Assembly: GCA_963721525.1 (NCBI GenBank)
Contig: CAVRJL010000007.1
Location: 1 to 48,902, forward strand
Direction of reading: 5' to 3'
DNA: 48,902 nucleotides
Origin: an uncultured Negativicutes bacterium
Lineage (GTDB): Bacteria; Bacillota; Negativicutes; JBAXTZ01
Under the pieces are notes generated by a model, which saw nothing but the letters and a program-made list of their open reading frames with translations, was not told the origin of the DNA and did not search any database. Below, piece by piece: positions 1 through 7,986 of this stretch (position 1 is the stretch's first letter; every line of letters starts with the position of its first letter). The position numbers were made by a program, and so were the translations under genes.

Positions 1-1140
1 TCAATAGTCTTGTTGAAATATCCGCAAGACGAATAAGAAAGAGAACAGATTCCCAGACGATTTAGAGTGAGGAAGCATGAGAAAAAAGAAGATCTAATAC
101 TTATAATTAACCAATATAATGTTTGTTGGTGCGGTTTAAATTTTTTATATTTAACAATTATAAATATAGCTAAAGGAGTTAGGATTAATCAGATGTAGCC
201 TATCAAAGATCCTAATTGTCCTTTGGAGCCTTGAAAAGAAATCCAAGTCTCCAAGTAGTAAAAAATAAAATCTATTCGTTGTTACAAACCAAACATCGAA
301 CCTACTTAAATTCTGTAGATACCTCATATAAGATATATAAGGAATTAGGATATACAAAGATAAGATTAAACCAAAAGAAAGTGCAAAAAATGAATGTAGC
401 AATAGTCTTTTGGTAAATGTTTTACTCATAAATATGAATAAAATATAAGAGAATAGCGATGACATTAAAAAAATGCCATCACTTAATGTGAAACAATAAC
501 TAAGAATACACTAAGAGATACCAAAAAAACTCTGGTTAAAGTTTGCTTGTTCACTAGTAACTGGTATGTATATAAAGAAGAGGCAATGTCATAAATAGTT
601 ACTACTTTTCCTACATTCACTATAAAATGAGAATAAAATCCAGTGATTCTCGGAGCAAATAAAATAGAATATTGCTGCAGCAAATGCAGGGAAAGATCTT
701 AAAAACAAGTTTTGCAAATAAATACATAAAGATTCCCCAAAAGAGATGTAAGAAAAACTCAGAAATAATTTCATACCCATAACAAAAGAGATGTCTAAGA
801 AATGAGGGAAAACTGTGGTGTAATAGGGTAAAGGGTTCTATAAAAAAGAAAAAGTGGATACCCATAGTGAGCATTCAATTCCCCTGCCCATGAAGGCATA
901 GAATTCCTTCTTTCAGTGAATTATAAAAATCAATTGCTCTATATATGTGAAGGTAAATCTCCGCTTTCATATACGCCTTTTCTAAAAATGCTAATAACAG
1001 GTAAAGAGAGAAATGATAATAAGAAGAAAGGACAATTTTATTTTTTGTTTAGGATAGACAAATGTATATAAATCCACCCCAACCAGAACGCAAATGGCAA
1101 GAATACCGTTTATAAAAACCAAGTGGTAGGGGTCAATCAT
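1..1140 (-). CDS. 6-pyruvoyl-tetrahydropterin-synthase-related (PTPS_related) polytopic membrane protein, GT-C-like; frameshifted, runs off left edge
   Basis: ATG at 1140 (MIDPYHLVF...). Stitching frames gives ...DFYNSLKEGILMPSWAGELNAHYGYPLFFF.EPLPYY..., the W.G..N..YGYPLF signature of this family. ORF pieces 620-874, 589-780, 483-683 and 151-465 are hydrophobic. Confidence 0.6.
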
Positions 1141-1146
1141 AGGGAT

Positions 1147-1152
1147 ATTATA
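1147..1152 (-). promoter_or_regulatory. sigma70 -10 box (TATAAT) 6 nt before ATG 1140
   Basis: Minus strand TAGATA-17nt-TATAAT-ATCCCT-ATG. Confidence 0.55.
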
Positions 1153-1229
1153 TATCTAAATATTCAAATTATCTATATATGATTCATGTCTTTACATTTT
1201 TACCTTTCTTTAGGTATGCTAGATTTAAA

Positions 1230-1939
1230 GTGGAAAATGAAGATATAACATTGCCTGGTCAAAAAAGTGTAAAAGATTTTTTAAGTAAACGTTTAATCGT
1301 TATTTGTATCATTTTATTCGTTTTCTTAGTTATGGCGGCAGATTTAGTCTATGTAAACATTTCATTATTGACTAGGCGAAGTGCAGAAGATGTCATAGTG
1401 CCTAGGATATCTACTAGTAATTATTATTTTCTCCTACTCCTTCGATGGTACCGAATTTCGTAATGAGTCCAATCAGTATTACTCCGACCCCTATATTAAC
1501 ATTTACTCCCACAGTGACTCCCTCTCCGACATTAATACCTTTGCCGACTCTTACACCAACGCCAATTGTGATGGTAAAGGATTATTTTATTCCTCTTGGT
1601 ACGGGCGAAAGTCAGGCAGCAAGTTGGGAGGATGTACCAGGTTCTCAAGTAAATGTTGATTTTGGACAATATCCTCACATAAAGGAGATATTATTTGAAG
1701 CTTCAGTTAATATCCCTACGGCAAGTGAGTGGGTATCCATACGTTTATTTAATGAAACCGATATGCATCCGGTATGGAATTCAACTGTTACAAGTAATGA
1801 TGGTGTAACGTTTGCGGTTTTGACTTCTACGCCTATAACCTATGACACTGGATTAAAGACATATCAGGTACAAATGCAAACACAGCTTCAAGCCCCTACG
1901 GATCTTGTACAAGCGAGGATTCACATAATACTACAATGA
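1230..1939 (+). CDS. Membrane-anchored protein with Pro/Thr-rich linker and beta-rich C-terminal domain (frameshift near 1430-1450)
   Basis: ORFs 1179-1463 (TM segment LIVICIILFVFLVMAA) and 1445-1939 (TPTPILTFTPTVTPSPTLIPLPTLTPTP) join. GTG at 1230 follows TATGCT. Confidence 0.65.
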
Positions 1940-1956
1940 TTAATTTTGAATTAGTG

Positions 1957-1965
1957 TGGTATAAT
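1957..1965 (+). promoter_or_regulatory. Extended -10 promoter TGGTATAAT, 7 nt before tdh ATG
   Basis: TG-G-TATAAT-TTAAAAT-ATG(1973). Confidence 0.7.
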
Positions 1966-1972
1966 TTAAAAT

Positions 1973-2916
1973 ATGAATAAGAAGATACTTGTTACAGGTG
2001 CATATGGATTAGTAGGAACAGATTTAGTTTTAAGTCTACTTAAGAAATACACAAAGGAGAAAATTGTGGTTGTTCAGACATCAAACTAAAAGAGATCAAT
2101 TTGATGTTTTAGTCGAGAAGGGGGATGTTACTGATTCTACTTTATCGAAGGCTTGATCAAAAAACATAATATCGGGGAAATATATCATTTGACAGTTACT
2201 TTTATCAGTAGGTAGTGAAAAAGATCCTCAGTTGGCTTGGAAAGTAAATTTAGGAGGACTCAAAACAATTCTTGATTTGGCAGTGAGATATAAAATAAAA
2301 GTTTTTTGGCCAAGTTCTATTGCTGTATTTGGTCCAACTACACCTAAAAGATACACCGCAACACACCTGTTAAGAACCTACAACCATGTACGGAACTAAC
2401 AAGGTATCGGGAGAGCTTCTATGTCAATATTATTTTTTACACTATGGATTGGACATTAGAAAGTTTGCGATATCCTGGCTTAATTGCCCATAAAGCTCCA
2501 CCCGGGGACGGAACAACGGAGTATTAGGTACACATTTTTTATGGAGCATTAAATGAAAAAAAATATACATGCTTTCTTAAAAAAGATTCACGTTTACCCA
2601 TGATGTATATCAGTACGCTATCAAAGGAACTCTACTTCTTATGGAGGCTCTGGCAGATAAAGTCAGTATAAGAACAAGTTATAATTTCACTGCAATTGAT
2701 ATCACTCCTGAAGAATTAGTAAAAGAAATTCAGAAAATTATGCCTGAATTTACTTGTACTTATAAACCTGATGATAGGCAGAAGATTGCCGATTCCTGGC
2801 CGGATTCAATCAATGATTCTCAGGCAAGAAAAGATTGGGGATGGTATCCTGATTATGATTTGGCTAAAATGACAAAAGTAATGCTTGAGGAAGTAGGAAA
2901 AAAACTAAAAAAATAA
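1973..2916 (+). CDS. tdh: L-threonine 3-dehydrogenase, SDR/epimerase type (several frameshifts)
   Basis: [15 protein letters not shown] Rossmann start; [17 protein letters not shown] (YxxxK), [34 protein letters not shown]; directly upstream of kbl. Confidence 0.85.
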
Positions 2917-2918
2917 TT

Positions 2919-4178
2919 ATGGCTAATGCAAAATTTTGCAAAATATTGTCAGATGAACTGAAAAGAATCGATACGGCTGGAAGTACAAAACGCTTTGAAG
3001 TCGTGATCGAAGGATTTACTAAAGAAGCATCACCTAAAGCTGTTATTAAAAATAAACATTATATCGTCTTTAATTCGAATGATTATTTAGGGCTTAGATT
3101 TAACAAGGAAATTATTAAATCTGAGCATGTTGCAGCAGATAAATTTGGTACGGGCCCTGGAGCTGTACGTTTTATCTCAGGAACTTTACAAATATATAAA
3201 GACTTAGAAGCTGAAATTGCTAAGTTCCATAATCGTGAAGCAGGCATGGTATTCTCATCGGCTTTTGCCGCAAATATTGCAGTTCTGTCTTGTCTTCTCA
3301 AGGGACAAAGTAAGGATTCTTTGCTATCTAACGAAGTTTGTGTAATTTCAGATACCCTTAATCACCGCAGTATTATTGATGGGATACGTACTGCAAGTAT
3401 TGATAAAGAGCAGAAATTTACCTATAAGCATCTGGATTTCACTGATTTGGAAAGAGTACTTGAGGAGAATCAACAAAAATTTAGGCGAGCAGTTGTGGTA
3501 TCCGACGGAATTTTCAGTATGATAGGTGAATATACAGATATTAAAAAATTAAAAGCGATCTGTGACAAATTTGATACTAAATACGAGCAAGGAGTATTTC
3601 TGGTAATTGATGACAGTCATGGGGTCGGTGCGTATGGTGAGACAGGTAGAGGGTGTGAAGAGGTAAGTCATGGTAAAGCTGATGTCTTGATTGGTACATT
3701 TGGAAAAGCCTTTGGTAGCGATGGAGGATATGCGGTTGGAGATAAATTATTTATTGATTATCTCCGTGAATCTGCAGCTACTTATATTTATTCTAATTCT
3801 GTTTCCCCTTCAGTTGCAGGTGCGGCTCTAAAATCCGTTAAAACAATAGGATCAGTGAAAGGTAAGGCATTGTTTAAAAAACTTAAAGACAACATGAAAT
3901 ATTTGAAACAAAAAATTCAAGCAGCAGGCTTTGAATTTTCAGCGCAGTCAGATCATCCAATACAACCTCTTTTGGTTGGAGATACATTAAAAGCTAAACA
4001 ACTTAAAGATAAACTATATAAAAGAGGCATTCTGGTTACTAATATTACGTATCCGGTAGTACCAAAAGGAAAAGATGAAATAAGAATTCAAATTAACGCT
4101 TCTCATACTAAAAAAGATATTGATTCATTTGTAAAAGCCACAACAATATCTGCAAAAGAACTTGGAATTATTAATTGA
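2919..4178 (+). CDS. kbl: 2-amino-3-ketobutyrate CoA ligase (glycine C-acetyltransferase), PLP class II
   Basis: SNDYLGL, GPGAVRFISGT, LNHRSIIDG, DDSHGVG, GTFGKAFG (PLP lysine), YPVVPKG; adjacent to tdh. Confidence 0.85.
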   Translation: MANAKFCKILSDELKRIDTAGSTKRFEVVIEGFTKEASPKAVIKNKHYIVFNSNDYLGLRFNKEIIKSEHVAADKFGTGPGAVRFISGTLQIYKDLEAEIAKFHNREAGMVFSSAFAANIAVLSCLLKGQSKDSLLSNEVCVISDTLNHRSIIDGIRTASIDKEQKFTYKHLDFTDLERVLEENQQKFRRAVVVSDGIFSMIGEYTDIKKLKAICDKFDTKYEQGVFLVIDDSHGVGAYGETGRGCEEVSHGKADVLIGTFGKAFGSDGGYAVGDKLFIDYLRESAATYIYSNSVSPSVAGAALKSVKTIGSVKGKALFKKLKDNMKYLKQKIQAAGFEFSAQSDHPIQPLLVGDTLKAKQLKDKLYKRGILVTNITYPVVPKGKDEIRIQINASHTKKDIDSFVKATTISAKELGIIN

Positions 4179-4219
4179 TGCTAATATAATCCTCAAAAGC
4201 AATAGTATATAATAAAGTA

Positions 4220-4867
4220 GTGAATATTTTTACTTTTTCGACTCTTGATACCATTGAGGACTTCATTGTTTCTTTTCTCAGCCATCAAATTTATTTAGCA
4301 CCTATTGTTCTTTTAATCATCGAAGAATCAGGAATACCTATTCCAGTTCCTGGGGATATTATCATTGCCTATATCGGATATGAAGTTGCGAAAGGAGTGA
4401 TACCTTACTTTACTGCGTTTGCTATTATTTTATGTTCGGTTCTTATCGGAGCATCTATTTTATTCCATTTGTCTATCAAGTATGGGCAGCATATTCTTAA
4501 TAGATTTGGTAAGAATATTCATTTAGATGAAAGTAAGATTATTACTGTTGAGAAGTATTTCAAAAAATATGGTCCGCTCGTTATTATTTTTGGAAGGCAT
4601 ATACCCGGTTTTCGTGTTCCTATTACAGTTTTTTCCGGAATTTCAAAAGTTACATACAGAACTTTTATTCTAAGTACATTCATTTCAGTAATATTTTGGA
4701 TTGCTTTCTATCTTGAGGTTGGAAAACAGCTAGGTCCACGCACTGTTAGTTTGCTTAAAGCCCACCATATACTATATGTTTTTGTATTTATTATATTTTT
4801 ATTAATCGTTGGTTATATATGGTATGTAAATAAAGTGAATAATTCAACTAATAAAAAAAGTTTATAG
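4220..4867 (+). CDS. dedA: DedA family membrane protein
   Basis: EESGIPIPVPGD and FGRHIPGFR DedA motifs. GTG start 6 nt after TATAAT (4208-4213). Confidence 0.9.
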   Translation: MNIFTFSTLDTIEDFIVSFLSHQIYLAPIVLLIIEESGIPIPVPGDIIIAYIGYEVAKGVIPYFTAFAIILCSVLIGASILFHLSIKYGQHILNRFGKNIHLDESKIITVEKYFKKYGPLVIIFGRHIPGFRVPITVFSGISKVTYRTFILSTFISVIFWIAFYLEVGKQLGPRTVSLLKAHHILYVFVFIIFLLIVGYIWYVNKVNNSTNKKSL

Positions 4868-4870
4868 AAT

Positions 4871-5014
4871 ATGAGTAAGCGTCTGGTTATTGAATGTTTT
4901 ATTTATTTTATATTCGCAGTTTTTGGTATTCTTTTATTATTTTACCTGATTAACGGAACAGGATATTATGTGCAAAAAAAATATCATGCAGAATCTTTAA
5001 AAACAAGTCAGTGA
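4871..5014 (+). CDS. 47-aa single-pass membrane microprotein (not in ORF track)
   Basis: MSKRLVIECFIYFIFAVFGILLLFYLINGTGYYVQKKYHAESLKTSQ*; starts 3 nt after the dedA stop and fills the intergenic gap. Confidence 0.55.
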   Translation: MSKRLVIECFIYFIFAVFGILLLFYLINGTGYYVQKKYHAESLKTSQ

Positions 5015-5032
5015 ACTATACAAATTTTGATT

Positions 5033-6563
5033 ATGGATTTTGTTAACATAAGAGATTTCTTTTTAAATTCAGATAAGTTCTTGTATCTTCCGTCTTTAAA
5101 ACACAGAAAGGACTTAAAAAGAAGTGAAAGCATCATATTTGTTTTATTTTGTTTATTTTCGATTGTTGGATTGTTTAAAAATGCATACTCTATAAGTTTT
5201 TTTCTTGACGACTTTTTTTTCTTAGATATTGGACATGCTAATAATCTTTGGCAGTTCTTAAATTTTTTCTCACCATTTAAAAATTATTTTTATCGTCCTA
5301 TTCCGACCGAGACTTTCTACTTTATTATTAATTATTTTGGACAAGATCTTATTATTGCCCATACAATCGTCTTTGTTGTATACATCATTGGAGTATTTTA
5401 TCTTTTAAAGATTACATTTTTTATTACACAGAAAAGACTTTTCTCTTACTTACTCGTATTCTTTTATGCAATTAATACAGTACATATTTTCCAACTATAT
5501 CAATTGGCAACATTTATCGAGATTGCTCTATTTACCTTCTTGATTGTATCATTTTATTATTTTATTACACAAAAAATATTTATTAGTCTATTATTTTTTA
5601 TAATTGCTTTGATGTCAAAAGAAACAGCACTACTTTACCCGATTTTTCTTTTTGCATACACTTATTTTACAGAAAAAGTGACAAATAATTTTATCAAGTT
5701 GTTAGGATTAATGTTTTTTATCAGTATCATTTTTCTTCTGATATACCATCAAAGTAGTCAAACAGCTATTACAACAACTGACACATATACGATACAACTT
5801 AATCCTCATCTTCTACTTAATAACACAGTTTGGTATCTCTTATGGAGCCTTGGTTTGCCTAATTTTGTGCCGGACTATATAAAAAGCATTTTTTTTAATC
5901 CACTACCATCCTTTTGGAATCTTATGACAGATTCTACAATTAGACACTACTTTTATTTACTAATTGCGTATTTTGCATTATTCGTGCCAACATATATTGT
6001 AGTACTTTTAAGAGCAAATAATATTCAACAAAAAAAGATTTTAATACTAACAGGTTTTGGACTTTTTTTCTTTCTCGTTTTTATATCTCCAAACTCTTTT
6101 GGTAATTAACCGTTGGATGGTAAGACTTACTATCCCGCTAATTTTTATCCTTGCTATTGAAGTCTATACAATTTATCTTGCTTATCAACATAAAGGCTAT
6201 CTTCGTATTATAAGTATTTCTCTTATTCTAATATATAGTTTACTTCAAGTAGTAGGAGTTCCTATGCAGGAATCGGATAGTTTGTATCCTTTAAATACTA
6301 GAGTAGTCAATTCTGCCCGAAAATACTTTATCAAGAATAAAGCGAAATTTAATAAATTTAGTAGTATATATATTTATGATAAAAAAATAGCTCCATTAAA
6401 TGGAAGTATAGAATTTAAAAATATTTTGGATGACCAGAATGCTATACCTGTAATTTTCCCCAAAAACAGCACTATTAAACATATTTACTACGGCTTTGAA
6501 ACAAAAATAAGACCTATTAATAGCTATGCAGTTAGCTCAATAACGATTTTAAGAACCCAATGA
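5033..6563 (+). CDS. Polytopic membrane protein, GT-C-like glycosyltransferase (frameshift near 6100)
   Basis: FFLDDFFFL acidic loop after TM1, FYRPI, ALMSKETA; many TM helices; ORFs 5027-6109 and 6057-6563 join. Start uncertain. Confidence 0.6.
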
Positions 6564-6580
6564 TTTAAAGAATATATATG

Positions 6581-6608
6581 TTGACAAAATAAATTGAATA
6601 GGTAGAAT
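6581..6608 (+). promoter_or_regulatory. sigma70 promoter TTGACA-16-TAGAAT, 7 nt before ATG 6616
   Basis: Direct sequence match. Confidence 0.75.
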
Positions 6609-6615
6609 AATATAT

Positions 6616-6852
6616 ATGAATAAAAATCTCTTAGTTGGCATTAGTATAATATTAGGTATTACTTTGTTTATTGTCTCAATTGTTTATTTTATAGAACCGG
6701 CTAAATCATTACCTTCGTTTATGCCTGGATATGATGTAAATTTAACTAAGCATCATTATACGCATGCTGGTGGTACGTTTATTTTAAGTCTACTTTGTTT
6801 TGCATTTTCCTGGTTTAAATCAGGAAAGAAATCAACGACTGAAAAGAAATAA
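6616..6852 (+). CDS. 78-aa two-TM hypothetical protein with PAKSLPSFMPG..HHYTH loop
   Basis: Clean ORF with two hydrophobic helices and its own promoter. Confidence 0.8.
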   Translation: MNKNLLVGISIILGITLFIVSIVYFIEPAKSLPSFMPGYDVNLTKHHYTHAGGTFILSLLCFAFSWFKSGKKSTTEKK

Positions 6853-7695
6853 AGATACTACAAATCCTAGAATGATGCAGTAAAGAGCAAATGGTTTTAA
6901 GTTCTTAGTTTCAAAATATTTTGTTAAAAATTTCACTGAAAAATATGCTGCAATTCCTGCCATAAATGCTCCAACAAGTGTTGGGCCAAGGACTGGCAGT
7001 CCCTCTGGGGCAAACACATCAGGCAATTTCAACAAAGATGCAGCTGCAATTATAGGCGTTGCTAGCAAGAAAGCGAATCTAGCAGAATCTTCATGAGAAA
7101 GTCCTACTAGTAACCCACCTGTAATTGTAGCACCTGTTCGTGAAAAACCTGGAATAAGTGCAAAACATTGTAATAAGCCTATTTTAATTGCTTGACTCCA
7201 TGAGATTTTTGTAATTCTTTCATTGCTTTTTATATCAGACTCTCGAAATTTAAGATTCTTCTTCTTTAATTGTTCTGCGCCTAATAAAAGAAACCCATTT
7301 AGAATAAGTACAAATGCTACTAATTGTGGAGAAGCGAAAAGGTTTTGTAAGAAAGCCTGAAATACGAGACCTATAATACCTGCGGGTATCGTAGCAACAA
7401 CAAGTAGCCACGCTAGTTTGGCATCTTTATCCGAATCTTTTATTTCACGTATTTTTAGAGAATATAAAAAACCTGTAATAATTCTTTTCCAGTCTTTCCA
7501 AAAAAAAAGGAAAAGTACCAATGCAGTAGCCGTATGCGTAGCAACTAGGAAGGTGAGAAAAAATGAATTATTTTGATCAATATGCCATTCTAAAATTGAC
7601 GGTAAAAGAACACTGTGTCCTAGGCTAGAAATGGGAAAAAGTTCAGTTACTCCTTGAATTATACCAAAAATGATTGCTTGGTAATAAGTAAGCAT
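6832..7695 (-). CDS. uppP: Undecaprenyl-diphosphate phosphatase (BacA/UppP)
   Basis: QGVTELFPISSLGH and ALIPGFSRTGATI motifs. Real start is probably MLTYYQAII at 7695, 6 nt after TATACT (7702-7707), not 7794. Confidence 0.95.
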   Translation of the reverse strand: MLTYYQAIIFGIIQGVTELFPISSLGHSVLLPSILEWHIDQNNSFFLTFLVATHTATALVLFLFFWKDWKRIITGFLYSLKIREIKDSDKDAKLAWLLVVATIPAGIIGLVFQAFLQNLFASPQLVAFVLILNGFLLLGAEQLKKKNLKFRESDIKSNERITKISWSQAIKIGLLQCFALIPGFSRTGATITGGLLVGLSHEDSARFAFLLATPIIAAASLLKLPDVFAPEGLPVLGPTLVGAFMAGIAAYFSVKFLTKYFETKNLKPFALYCIILGFVVSLFLFSR

Positions 7696-7735
7696 AAATA
7701 TAGTATAAAGGAAAAAGTATAAAGTATAAAGAGTA

Positions 7736-7763
7736 TTGACAAGAAACGAAGTAAACATATAAT
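7736..7763 (+). promoter_or_regulatory. Consensus sigma70 promoter TTGACA-16-TATAAT
   Basis: Perfect hexamers at 7736-7741 and 7758-7763; ATG at 7773. Confidence 0.75.
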
Positions 7764-7772
7764 GGTCAAATA

Positions 7773-7934
7773 ATGAACATGTATGATCTAGCAATGAATG
7801 CTTTATTATTTAAGCATCCTAGTTTGAAATTGGAAATAAAAATTGCTTATAATAAGTTAAAGGATAAGCCAGTACCAAGAAAGTTGGAAGATGCGATTAA
7901 AGAATTTTATATAGAGATGAAAATAAAGGAATAG
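7773..7934 (+). CDS. 53-aa soluble small protein (not in ORF track)
   Basis: MNMYDLAMNALLFKHPSLKLEIKIAYNKLKDKPVPRKLEDAIKEFYIEMKNKE*; directly behind a consensus promoter. Confidence 0.55.
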   Translation: MNMYDLAMNALLFKHPSLKLEIKIAYNKLKDKPVPRKLEDAIKEFYIEMKIKE

Positions 7935-7950
7935 ATTCGTCTTTGCTTTA

Positions 7951-7979
7951 TTGAACATTTAAGTTTATTCCGCTACAAT
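7951..7979 (+). promoter_or_regulatory. ileS promoter TTGAAC-17-TACAAT, 7 nt before ATG
   Basis: Direct sequence match; no room for a T-box leader or an SD. Confidence 0.7.
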
Positions 7980-7986
7980 TGAAGCT

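Noticed and set aside
7696-7986. T-box riboswitch upstream of ileS; long N-terminal extension of UppP (start 7794)
   Set aside because: No T-box motif or terminator was seen. The space holds promoters and a small ORF, and UppP homology begins at 7695.
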